Below are positions 10,636 to 18,638 of a stretch of DNA of 64,000 nt, piece after piece. How positions within the stretch are numbered: the stretch's first letter is position 1; each line of letters opens with the position of its first letter. Below the pieces are notes generated by a model. That model did no database searches. It saw only the letters and a program-made list of their open reading frames with translations, and was not told where the DNA came from. Origin of the DNA: a virus. Taxonomy: Duplodnaviria; Caudoviricetes. Made by a program: the position numbers and the translations under genes. The DNA lies in the IMG/VR virus record IMGVR_UViG_3300032335_001269, positions 37,526 to 101,525 of that record. One strand, written 5' to 3'.

Positions 10636-11394
10636 TCAAATAATTCTTGTTTTTTCGTGCCCAACGCGAATGCGAGGATCGCACCAAATTTCAAATCCTG
10701 CTTCTTTTGCATCCAAACAGAATGATACATCCTCTCCACACATATCCTGAACTTCTCCAGATTCAAAGACTTGCATCTTTGGGGCAAACCAAGGATACTT
10801 CATTTCAGAGTGCTCAAAGACACCGTGCTTAATCAGCAACCAACCAAAACCTGCATAATCCACAGTGAATGGTTTACGGCGCTTTGAGATGCTTTCGACG
10901 GTTTCATGATTCATTACACCACCATTGTTTCTGAAGTCATCTTCTTCCATCCAATGAGCAACCGAAGTCGTGTGCCCATCTTCTGTTGCATACCAACCAG
11001 AAGCAATGTCTCTGTCCATCAGAACCAATTGCCAGAACTTTTCTGAAGTGAACACAATGTCAGAGTCAATCCAGAGTTGCCAATCATATTTCAGTTTACC
11101 ATCCCAAGGAACTTGGTCTGGTCCACGAAGAACATTTGCACCAAGACATTTGCATCGTGCAAAGTTGACCATTGAGGAATAGTCTTGTGAGATTTGAATA
11201 CTTGCGCCGCTTTGCACCAAATCAAAACAGAGTTGTACAAAGTTTTTCAGATAGGTATATGAAACACCTCTACCTGGAAGACAAAAGACAATTGACTTGC
11301 CTCTTACCATTTCTCTTGCAAGGTCATAGTCCCATTCTTCTGTTGGTTTTTGAGTGACGGGCGATTTTGCTTTTACCGTAAATCCTTTTGCCAT
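10636..11394 (-). CDS. Conserved cyanophage GT-A-fold glycosyltransferase-like protein
   Basis: LWIDSD (DxD), GFGWLLI and GEDVSFC...GHEK motifs; TTGACA-N17-TATGAT promoter at 11417-11445. Confidence 0.8.
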   Translation of the reverse strand: MAKGFTVKAKSPVTQKPTEEWDYDLAREMVRGKSIVFCLPGRGVSYTYLKNFVQLCFDLVQSGASIQISQDYSSMVNFARCKCLGANVLRGPDQVPWDGKLKYDWQLWIDSDIVFTSEKFWQLVLMDRDIASGWYATEDGHTTSVAHWMEEDDFRNNGGVMNHETVESISKRRKPFTVDYAGFGWLLIKHGVFEHSEMKYPWFAPKMQVFESGEVQDMCGEDVSFCLDAKEAGFEIWCDPRIRVGHEKTRII

Positions 11395-11416
11395 AATTTC
11401 AAGTGATTACTAAAGT

Positions 11417-11445
11417 ATCATACCTCATTATATAGCAGTTGTCAA
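11417..11445 (-). promoter_or_regulatory. Sigma70-type promoter
   Basis: TTGACA-N17-TATGAT. Similar minus-strand promoters at 15790-15818, 18398-18426, 21537-21565, 31839-31867, 34933-34961, 59514-59542 and 60249-60277. Confidence 0.8.
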
Positions 11446-11615
11446 TCTGTTGATTCGGAAAGAATAACCTCACCCCCATCCATAGTAAAGCATATCTTAG
11501 TATCTTCATACCAAGAAAGTTCATTCATAATTTGCTCTGGAATTTTGATGAAGTATTCTCCACTAATTGGATCAACCTCTATGGGCTCAAAAATATTCCC
11601 GGAATTTTTTTTCAT
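11442..11615 (-). CDS. AbrB/MazE-like small DNA-binding protein
   Basis: Probable start MKKNSGNIF; YFIKIPEQIMNELSWYEDTKICF matches the AbrB I.IP..+...L.W..G pattern. Confidence 0.65.
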   Translation of the reverse strand: MKKNSGNIFEPIEVDPISGEYFIKIPEQIMNELSWYEDTKICFTMDGGEVILSESTD

Positions 11616-11836
11616 TTCTGTAAAACCTTTTTTCGTTTTTATATAGGGAAAAAAATTTTTATAATGAGTGTAATAATTAGATCGCTTTCGTAACACTTTG
11701 TAGGTTAGGGGGACCCATCGATTTTATATACGGGGGGGGTTATCTTATAACACGCCGCCGGCGGGGGCGGGCACAATACCCGGACCCCTGCCAAACACGA
11801 ACGAATGAGACTGCCCCTCACGAACAATGCAAGGGG

Positions 11837-12127
11837 TCAGGCACCCCTACGCTCCAGAGCAGCAGCGCGGCGATCGTTGCGGTACTGATCACGGGCACGG
11901 ATCATCACTGCCTCAAGGTCAGCAACCATCACACTGCCCAACCCTGTGACGCGGGTGATGGTCAGACCCTTACCCGAACCAACGGCATGGGACGAACCAC
12001 CGGCAGGCAAATCAGAATCACGAACGGAACCAATGGCAGCACCCCGCCCGTGCTGAGAGTTACGGCTGAGGGTCTCACCCTTACGGGGACCGCGACGGGG
12101 CAGGCGGGTGACGGTATAGATGGTCAT
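11837..12127 (-). CDS. Basic Arg/Gly-rich hypothetical early protein
   Basis: Start MTIYTVTRLPRRG lies just downstream of the repeat promoter at 12144-12166. Confidence 0.65.
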   Translation of the reverse strand: MTIYTVTRLPRRGPRKGETLSRNSQHGRGAAIGSVRDSDLPAGGSSHAVGSGKGLTITRVTGLGSVMVADLEAVMIRARDQYRNDRRAAALERRGA

Positions 12128-12176
12128 CGGTTCAGGGGGTGTCGGTTGAGAGTATTGTAGCAGATCGGCGGAGGGG

Positions 12177-12389
12177 TCACCCCCATTGAGTGCTGCGCCA
12201 CCCGCTGATGGGGCAGGGGGCAACGTCACCAGCAAGGGTCTCAGAGTATTGGGCAGCAATCGCGGTAGCGGGCACTCCCCAATGAATGTAGGCGGAAGGG
12301 CGGGACCCGTTCTTCAGTTGGTCAGCACGGGAGACCCACTTGACCTGACGGGTAGCAAGGTCAGAGCAGGCAGCAAGGGGGAAACGCAT
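12177..12389 (-). CDS. Hypothetical early protein
   Basis: ORF between two repeat promoters. Confidence 0.6.
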   Translation of the reverse strand: MRFPLAACSDLATRQVKWVSRADQLKNGSRPSAYIHWGVPATAIAAQYSETLAGDVAPCPISGWRSTQWG

Positions 12390-12427
12390 CAGGTCGGTGT
12401 CGGTTGACTTGAGAGTATTGTAGCAGG

Positions 12428-12634
12428 TCAGCGGTCGTTCAGGTATTGCTCAAACCCCCGTGCCATTCCCTGCAGAAAAGCGGCGGCGATGCCCTGCCAG
12501 AACCCAGGGTCCTTGACGCAAGCGGTCAGACCATCCATCCAGTCTTGGGCGGTAGCGTTGGCGATTGCTTCCCGCTCTGCAGGGGTCAGGTCATCCAGGA
12601 ACTGCTGCAGGTCATCGGTTGCGTTGCGGGTCAT
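12428..12634 (-). CDS. Hypothetical early protein
   Basis: ORF between repeat promoters; its TGA lies inside the repeat. Confidence 0.7.
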   Translation of the reverse strand: MTRNATDDLQQFLDDLTPAEREAIANATAQDWMDGLTACVKDPGFWQGIAAAFLQGMARGFEQYLNDR

Positions 12635-12668
12635 CAGAGTGCCTTGCGGTTGAAAGAATTATAGCAGG

Positions 12669-12875
12669 TCAGCGGGCAGCAGGCAGCAGGCAGCGGCTGA
12701 CCTCACCGGGTGCCCTCAACACTTGACCGCCCTGCTGCTGGCAACGGGATTCGATGCGGACGTTAGCGCGGTTGAGCAGCAGGAACAGACCTGCCGCTGC
12801 CAGAGTGATGCCTGCAAAGAACAGAGCATAGACCGCAGCATCTTTCAGGCGCTCTTGCAGTTCGAAGGTGGTCAT
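12669..12875 (-). CDS. Small membrane protein with C...GG...C motif
   Basis: MTTFELQERL start; hydrophobic helix followed by CQQQGGQVL...C. Confidence 0.7.
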   Translation of the reverse strand: MTTFELQERLKDAAVYALFFAGITLAAAGLFLLLNRANVRIESRCQQQGGQVLRAPGEVSRCLLPAAR

Positions 12876-12942
12876 CGGGGTTCCTTGCGGTTGAGAGTAT
12901 TGTAGCAGGTCGGGGGCAGGGGTCAACCTGCCCCGTAGGGGG

Positions 12943-13122
12943 TCAGCGGATCACCTTGACCACTTCGCCCTTGTGGCGAATCACGATGGAGGTGAAGGAG
13001 GGGTGGAACCCCTTGGCGCTGCGAACGGCACCTGCCAGGGAGGTGCAGTGGGTCATGCAGGATGCTGCATCGGGGGTGGAACCAGCAACAACGGTGAAGT
13101 CGCGGGTCTTGGTGGTTGCCAT
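12943..13122 (-). CDS. Hypothetical early protein
   Basis: MATTKTRDF start downstream of the -10 at 13147-13152. Confidence 0.6.
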   Translation of the reverse strand: MATTKTRDFTVVAGSTPDAASCMTHCTSLAGAVRSAKGFHPSFTSIVIRHKGEVVKVIR

Positions 13123-13193
13123 GGGGTGGGGGTGTGAACTGGAATCAGTATAGGGGCAAAAGGGAGGGGGTGTGCCCCTCCGTTGTGCCACTA

Positions 13194-13325
13194 TCAGAAT
13201 TGGATCTCCTGCAGGGTCGGGGCGTCAGCAGCGTCACCCTCAGCGGTCAGGGTCTCCAGAATCTGCAGCAGTTCGGCGCCAGTGGCAGCACGGTTCAGCA
13301 GGGCAACGGCAAGGTCAGCGGTCAT
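13194..13325 (-). CDS. Small hypothetical protein (43 aa)
   Basis: Translated by hand: MTADLAVALLNRAATGAELLQILETLTAEGDAADAPTLQEIQF; flanked by promoter elements. Confidence 0.65.
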   Translation of the reverse strand: MTADLAVALLNRAATGAELLQILETLTAEGDAADAPTLQEIQF

Positions 13326-13391
13326 GGTTGAAATAGGGTTGAGGTTTGCTGGGCGTCTTTCAGGGCGCACCCGCTCCCGTATTGTATCAGG

Positions 13392-13553
13392 TCAGCGGGC
13401 GAACTGTGCCAGACTGCTGGGAGCGACGTGAGCAGGGGACCCGCAGGACCTGTAGAAGTCTACCATACGCTCTGCCTCCTGCAGGGTGGGGAACCACTGG
13501 GAGCGCCACTCGCAGGCGTTGTAGGGGGTCTGGTAACGGACTTCGATTCGCAT
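13392..13553 (-). CDS. Small hypothetical protein (53 aa)
   Basis: Translated by hand: MRIEVRYQTPYNACEWRSQWFPTLQEAERMVDFYRSCGSPAHVAPSSLAQFAR; flanked by repeat promoters. Confidence 0.7.
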   Translation of the reverse strand: MRIEVRYQTPYNACEWRSQWFPTLQEAERMVDFYRSCGSPAHVAPSSLAQFAR

Positions 13554-13617
13554 GGGTTGGTTGCGGTTGAGAGTATTGTAGCAGGTCAGGGGGGTCGGGT
13601 GTGACCCCCCAGCGGGT

Positions 13618-13878
13618 TTAGAAGTCGAACACGTCGCCGTTGATTTCAGCGCGGTTGACTTTAGGGTCGTCCCATTTCACACCGTCAGGAGTTTCTTTGG
13701 TGCCAAATTCATAAAATGCTTCCAGCAGTTCTTCATAGCAGCAGACATCATTCTCCTGAATGAAGTTATGAATGCTCTCATCATTCTCAATCCAGAGCAC
13801 AACATTCCAGGTCTCATAATTGGTCCAACCGTTGTAGGTTTGGTCGGTGAGGCAGGTCTGGTAGGTAGTGGCAGGCAT
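13618..13878 (-). CDS. Conserved phage protein (YNGWTNYETW family)
   Basis: YNGWTNYETWNV.LWI.NDE motif is widespread in phage early proteins. Confidence 0.8.
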   Translation of the reverse strand: MPATTYQTCLTDQTYNGWTNYETWNVVLWIENDESIHNFIQENDVCCYEELLEAFYEFGTKETPDGVKWDDPKVNRAEINGDVFDF

Positions 13879-13951
13879 TGGTTTGTCTGTGGTTGACTTG
13901 TTAATTGTAAGGGGTCAGGCGGGGGGTTGGTGCCCCCCTTGTGCCAGTTCG

Positions 13952-14152
13952 TCAGGCGTCCGAGACTGCCAACTCACCGATGCGGGATTCCAGGCAGACC
14001 TCCCGCACCTCCATCCGGGCATAATCGTATCCCTGATCCAATTCCAGTTCCTGCCGATAGAGGTCAGCAGCAGTGCGGCAATCGAACAGGCGGAGGGAAT
14101 CAAAGGACTCGCCTTCATAATCCCAACCACCGATGACAGCGTAGACTTGCAT
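13952..14152 (-). CDS. Hypothetical early protein
   Basis: Has its own palindrome promoter; VYAVIGGWDYEG. Confidence 0.7.
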   Translation of the reverse strand: MQVYAVIGGWDYEGESFDSLRLFDCRTAADLYRQELELDQGYDYARMEVREVCLESRIGELAVSDA

Positions 14153-14232
14153 GGGTTGCTCCGTTTGGTATGAATCAATTATAGGGGGTCAGGGCAGGGT
14201 CTGGGGTTGTCAGGGTGCCAGTTCGGAGACTG

Positions 14233-14817
14233 TCACAGCACCTCCTTGCCGAACTTGCCGCAGAGGTAGAATGCCATCCCTTTATCTTTCAGGGTGCATC
14301 CTGCAAAGGTCAAAGGAACATAGCGACCGTTGGTTTTAGATGCTTTGGTCCGAATCTGCAGCAGACCGTTAGGACCAGTCACAGTGTTAAGTTCACTGCC
14401 GGCATCAAATGCACTACGGATGGCATCACAAATGAACTGATAATCTTCTGCCAGTTCCTGATAGTGTTCGGGATGAGTTTCGGGATTCAGAACCTCAGTG
14501 CCGACATAATCGTTGGAGCGGGTGAACCCAACGTAGATGGTTTGAGAGAGTTTCTCACCGACCTTACTATCAGCGAAACTAACACCGTCCTCAATGATTT
14601 CGGAGAGGCAATGCTTCAGTTGGGTGACAGCGATAGACTCACCAACAGTGAAGGTCTTAAGTTCACCATCCACCAAATCTTTCAGGTTGGAACTGTTAGG
14701 AATGCCCAGAGCAGTTTCAATCAGTTGCCCACGGGAACCTTTGTTTTTTGCGGGTTTGGCAAATGCAGAAAAGTCAGTGACCTTCAGTTGGGCAGCGACT
14801 TGCAGGGTTTCGAGCAT
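14233..14817 (-). CDS. MutH/Sau3AI-family PD-(D/E)xK endonuclease
   Basis: NKGSRGQLIETALG...DLVDGELKT and LLQIRTK match MutH/Sau3AI motifs; start MLETLQ follows a palindrome promoter. Confidence 0.8.
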   Translation of the reverse strand: MLETLQVAAQLKVTDFSAFAKPAKNKGSRGQLIETALGIPNSSNLKDLVDGELKTFTVGESIAVTQLKHCLSEIIEDGVSFADSKVGEKLSQTIYVGFTRSNDYVGTEVLNPETHPEHYQELAEDYQFICDAIRSAFDAGSELNTVTGPNGLLQIRTKASKTNGRYVPLTFAGCTLKDKGMAFYLCGKFGKEVL

Positions 14818-14886
14818 CGGGTGGGTTGCTGATGAGTTAATTGTAGGGCATCGGGCGGACCCCACAAGGGGGTCTGTGCCACCTTA

Positions 14887-15783
14887 TCAACTGGCACACT
14901 GAAAGCGCCCGCTGTTGAAATTATGATATGAAAAGACCTCACGGTTCACCAGTTTGAACATACCAAACTCATTGGTCATGACATAACCTTCGGCATCAAT
15001 CCTCTCCTGCCCGATATAAGCGGCAGGACCATCATTGCGGCACAGATAGAGACAATCTGCCTTGATGGATTTCACCAGTGCCCACAACCCCAGCAGGTTA
15101 GGATCGCAGTCGAATTCAGTATTCACAACAGGACGATTCTCACGAATGCAGGCATTCAGTTGTTGCTTAATCTTTGCTGCCTCTTTATCAGTCACAAACT
15201 TAACCGCAAGTGCCATCACCCGTGCAAACTTGCAGACCTCCTCAACATCAGCGAAGGACTCTTGCCCGTGCTGAATGTATGCTTGCGGTTTCACAAATTT
15301 GCAGTAGTGAGTGTCAGTGATGATAAAGTTCATCGGGTGAGCAACAGCATCACGCAAATCATTCTCTGCCGTATAGACAGTGTGAGGTGCGACAATAATC
15401 TCCTGATAGACTACTTCAGAAAACTTGTAAGTGAGCGTATTGGGAGTATACTCATCGCTACCACCAAACCCAATAAAATCACCTTGAATGATAGCATTTG
15501 TGCGAGGAAGATAATCAAAGCAAGCGTGAAGAATACGCGCAACTTCACCCTGATAGAATGCATCAATCTCTTCATGATTGTGAGCGATACGAATCTTTTT
15601 CTTGTTAAAGACTGCTTTGGTTCCTACAAAGAACTCACCGCAGGCAGGGTCAATACCCCAGACAATTGCAGGGGCACCATCAATCTTAACGCTCAAGTTA
15701 CCAGGATTGACGAACCAATCCAGGACAGAAAGGTCACCCGTGAGGATAGAATCTTCGGGGTGCTCAAGGTGGGTGTTTTTCAT
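14887..15783 (-). CDS. Conserved cyanophage protein (DUF6267-like) with ligase/nucleotidyltransferase-type motifs
   Basis: KNTHLEHPED N-terminus; SVKIDG, IQGD, EGYV and FKLV motifs. Confidence 0.75.
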   Translation of the reverse strand: MKNTHLEHPEDSILTGDLSVLDWFVNPGNLSVKIDGAPAIVWGIDPACGEFFVGTKAVFNKKKIRIAHNHEEIDAFYQGEVARILHACFDYLPRTNAIIQGDFIGFGGSDEYTPNTLTYKFSEVVYQEIIVAPHTVYTAENDLRDAVAHPMNFIITDTHYCKFVKPQAYIQHGQESFADVEEVCKFARVMALAVKFVTDKEAAKIKQQLNACIRENRPVVNTEFDCDPNLLGLWALVKSIKADCLYLCRNDGPAAYIGQERIDAEGYVMTNEFGMFKLVNREVFSYHNFNSGRFQCAS

Positions 15784-15837
15784 ATCTTTATATTAGCGCG
15801 GTTCGGGGCGGAAGTCAAGGGGTGGTAACCGAACCAC

Positions 15838-16041
15838 TCAGACCTTCACAGGCTTGCCTGTGCGCCAGCAGAGCTCCCACAAGGTGAGGGGGGTTGGCGT
15901 GCCCTTGCTTTGGTGGCAGAGGGTCAGACCCTCCTCTACGGTGCTGACCTCATCAGCCCACGAGCTGTCGAACTCACCCCACTCGGTGGGTTGGACGAAG
16001 AAGCGGGAGGTGAAGCTGGTCATTTCGGTTTCGTTTTTCAT
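15838..16041 (-). CDS. Hypothetical protein
   Basis: ORF downstream of the palindrome promoter at 16048-16107. Confidence 0.55.
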   Translation of the reverse strand: MKNETEMTSFTSRFFVQPTEWGEFDSSWADEVSTVEEGLTLCHQSKGTPTPLTLWELCWRTGKPVKV

Positions 16042-16094
16042 ACTGCTATTGTAAGGGGTCCTGTGGGGGTCTGGGGTGGGTCTTGTGCCAGTTG

Positions 16095-16304
16095 TCAGGG
16101 TGTCACAGTCTCCTTAAGTTGCTCTGCAGGATAGTTAAAAAGTTTATTAATCCTTTCAACTTCACTCTCAAAAAACTCCATTGCTTCCAAAGGTTCAATG
16201 TCATACTTGTCAGCAAGTCTATCAAGTTTCCACCGCAGATTATTCATCTCCCAAAGTTGGGTGAGAATGAACAAACGAACTTCGTGCTTTTGTGATTGCT
16301 TCAT
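16095..16304 (-). CDS. Hypothetical protein
   Basis: ORF between two palindrome elements; its C-terminus runs into the element. Confidence 0.6.
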   Translation of the reverse strand: MKQSQKHEVRLFILTQLWEMNNLRWKLDRLADKYDIEPLEAMEFFESEVERINKLFNYPAEQLKETVTP

Positions 16305-16511
16305 CAGGTCCCTTTGCTGTTGAAACTACTATAAGGCGTCAGGCACCCCCTACAAGGGGTCTTGTGCCACCTTACGAACTGGCACAGGGTCACTGGTCTG
16401 GGGGTCCTCTGGGGTCTATGATAAGGGGACAAACGAAGGAGGGGCAGGGTCGCCCTGATGACGCAAACGGTCGTCACTGGGGCAGCTTTGAAATAATACA
16501 AAACAAAATAT

Positions 16512-16537
16512 AAAAAAAGGGAGGCATTGTGCCCCCC
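16512..16537 (-). terminator. Rho-independent terminator
   Basis: Minus strand GGGGGGCA-CAA-TGCCTCCC followed by T7, immediately after ORF 16544..16891. Confidence 0.8.
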
Positions 16538-16543
16538 AATTCT

Positions 16544-16891
16544 CTATGCAAACATCATACCATTCACAAACTCACTCTCATTGTAGACAGGAGAAGTTCC
16601 TGCCTGCCCGATGAACTTGTGAACGAACCAATCGAAGTTCCGTTGAAACACACATTCGCCCTTGATTCCGTGCTCTTTGAGAATCGCATTCAGACGCGAT
16701 TTGGTGGTCGCAGACTGATAACCACCGTCGAAGATTTGCACGAAGTCTTCACCAACGGTAGCGATGTGATTGCCGAACAGAAACACTTTGGACTCTTGAG
16801 TTTCAGGGTCAAAGGTGACTTCAGTGTTGCCAGACTTCCAGTTCAGGGAGTCACGAATGGCAGCGTTCATCTGGGTTTCAATCTTGCGCAT
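16544..16891 (-). CDS. Conserved cyanophage hypothetical protein (MRKIE..M..AI family)
   Basis: WKSGNT.V, LFGN.IA and DGGYQS.TTKSRLNAIL motifs. Confidence 0.8.
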   Translation of the reverse strand: MRKIETQMNAAIRDSLNWKSGNTEVTFDPETQESKVFLFGNHIATVGEDFVQIFDGGYQSATTKSRLNAILKEHGIKGECVFQRNFDWFVHKFIGQAGTSPVYNESEFVNGMMFA

Positions 16892-16964
16892 TTGGGGGTT
16901 TCCCGCTCAACAAAGGTAGTATGGACCAGATTGGGGGGAATCGCAACCCCCCTTGTGCCAGTTC

Positions 16965-17840
16965 CTAAACTGTCACATCCTCCAGCAGTTCGGGATAGTA
17001 TTCACGAACCTCTGTAATCAGTTCACCATCACTATACTTGTCGTAACTTTCCATCAGATAATCATAACAAAGACCCACCAAAGTTTGCATATCCATACCA
17101 TCAATAATTTGCTGGACCAGGTGATTTTGAAGTTCAGAACGGTTCATTTCAGTGAGTGTTAAGAATGTGAACGAAATCAAGAGAGACAACACACCAACAA
17201 GTGTAATCTGTCACCTCTTCAACTAACGCTTGAGCAATCTGTTCGTCATCATCGTCATCATCAACTTCTACCTCAAAGACATTACCGACAACAGAATTGA
17301 TCACCTCTTGTTGTTCTTCAAGAGTGAAATCTTCATCATCAAAATCAAATGTAACTTCGGTGACTTGAAGTGTAAGAGTTCTCATTTACGAAGAGGAGAA
17401 TTGTAGTAACGACGAAAGGCAGTGAGAAGAATAATGCCCGTTGAAACAACACCAACCAAACCAAGGAAGGTGACAGCATCACCGGCAAAAGTGTAAGTGT
17501 CAGGATTCATTTCAGTAATCATAATTTGCGTTCAGGTATTCATTGACATCGAACTTCTCATCACGAAGTTCGGGAATGTCAAGGTCGAAGATTTCACCGG
17601 GAGCATCCTGAATCTCACTCCAGAGTTCATCAAACATGGTCTGTCTCTCAAGGACGAATGTAATTTATCAGGGTTTGGTCAGGGTCGCAAGGGGTCTTGT
17701 GCCACTTCCCCAACTGTCACACTCAGGGTCTTCAATTCTTTAAACTTACGGTGAGAATACGGGACCTTTTTAGTACTCCAAATAAACGAATGTTCAATAA
17801 CATTCACGGGGCATTTTCCAATTGAAAGATAATTAATCAT
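16965..17840 (-). other. Cluster of small acidic and membrane ORFs (16965-17156, 17149-17385, 17382-17510, 17512-17637, 17679-17840)
   Basis: ORF track plus hand translation; tightly packed, with palindrome promoters at 17698 and 17899. Confidence 0.6.
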
Positions 17841-17922
17841 CGAATTTCTCAGGGACGAATGTAAATTATCAGGAATTCATCCCCAGCGCAAGGGGGTTTG
17901 TGCCACTTCGAGAACTGTCACA

Positions 17923-18075
17923 CTAGACGAAGATATCGACCTCTTTGATGCTAACATCGACATCTTCGTCACCTTCGAGTTCTAATATTTGTCTCCAATT
18001 AATATCCTCAAGATCTAGATCATCATAACACTCTACATCTAGAGTAACACGTACTAGGCGTTTGTGTGCTATCAT
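17923..18075 (-). CDS. Small acidic protein (50 aa)
   Basis: MIAHKRLVRVTLDVECYDDLDLEDINWRQILELEGDEDVDVSIKEVDIFV. Confidence 0.65.
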   Translation of the reverse strand: MIAHKRLVRVTLDVECYDDLDLEDINWRQILELEGDEDVDVSIKEVDIFV

Positions 18076-18081
18076 GATATA

Positions 18082-18222
18082 TTATGCGTAATGCCTGTAT
18101 GCTAGGTCCTGATAATCATGCGTGTCTCGTGCATAATCATCATCTAGATCTAGTGTATAATGCTCATCTAGATCCGCGTAATCGTTCGTGTATGTGTAGT
18201 CGAAATCGTAATCGTCGTACAT
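18082..18222 (-). CDS. Asp/Tyr-rich peptide (46 aa)
   Basis: MYDDYDFDYTYTNDYADLDEHYTLDLDDDYARDTHDYQDLAYRHYA; TATAAT upstream at 18254-18259. Confidence 0.6.
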   Translation of the reverse strand: MYDDYDFDYTYTNDYADLDEHYTLDLDDDYARDTHDYQDLAYRHYA

Positions 18223-18224
18223 AG

Positions 18225-18463
18225 CTCGTCGAGATCGTGTGAGTGACTTGTGTATTATAGCATAGAGCTCGACGAGATTGCAATAGGTGTGTGCAGGTCT
18301 CGTCGAGATTCATATGGTAGTATATATGAATCTAGATGCTTCTAGATGGGTCTCGACTAGATTGTATGAGAGTCTCGTGACATAATGCCTCGTCGAGATT
18401 CTATCATACTCTGATAAGAATGTCAAGTCTCGTCTAGATTTTATGTGCGGGTCTCGTCTAGAT
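18225..18463. repeat. Iteron-like repeat CTCG(T/A)C(G/T)AGAT x7
   Basis: Copies at 18225, 18268, 18299, 18352, 18389, 18429 and 18453. Confidence 0.85.
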
Positions 18464-18499
18464 TTTATGAGGGTCTGGGGATTTTTATGGGGGCGGGGG

Positions 18500-18528
18500 T
18501 TGACAAACTGCAAGTCTTATGGTACGCT
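18500..18528 (+). promoter_or_regulatory. Plus-strand sigma70 promoter with no downstream plus-strand gene
   Basis: TTGACA-N17-TACGCT with TG extension. Confidence 0.6.
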
Positions 18529-18598
18529 CGCTAAACTCACAAGACCTGGACACATTTATAAGCACTTATAAGGTATTAGAGAGCATACATTTATAAAG

Positions 18599-18638
18599 TT
18601 TTCCACATAATTAAATACTTTTCCACAGGTTTTCCACA
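18599..18638 (+). promoter_or_regulatory. Three TTTTCCACA DnaA-box-like sites followed by an AT-rich tract
   Basis: TTTTCCACA at 18599, 18619 and 18630; this is the cyanobacterial DnaA-box consensus. Confidence 0.6.

Larger units (their letters stand above)
12144..13589 (-). repeat. Six copies of an extended -10 promoter repeat (GACCTGCTACAATACTCTCAACC consensus) between mini-genes
   Basis: Copies at 12144-12166, 12409-12434, 12642-12675, 12883-12911, 13378-13398 and 13561-13589; each has TGn-TA(C/T)AAT and precedes a small ORF. Confidence 0.9.

Noticed and set aside
11708-11771. G-quadruplex from the G-runs at the GC boundary
   Set aside because: Loops of ~20 nt are long and nothing independent supports it; noted only as part of the boundary.
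12144-13589. Regularly spaced 22-34-bp repeats as a CRISPR array
   Set aside because: Spacers are ~200 bp and encode ORFs, the repeats contain a -10 promoter, and no cas genes are present.
16455-16493. CTGATGA...GAAA as a hammerhead ribozyme core
   Set aside because: Stem II cannot close between CUGAUGA and GAAA, and no stems I/III with a UH site could be built.
14215-17017. Long plus-strand ORFs (14215-14832, 15160-15828, 16529-17017)
   Set aside because: Antisense shadows of motif-bearing minus-strand genes in GC-richer sequence.
18310-18513. 67-aa ORF with IKSRRD repeats
   Set aside because: It is a translation of the iteron repeats and overlaps promoters; probably non-coding.
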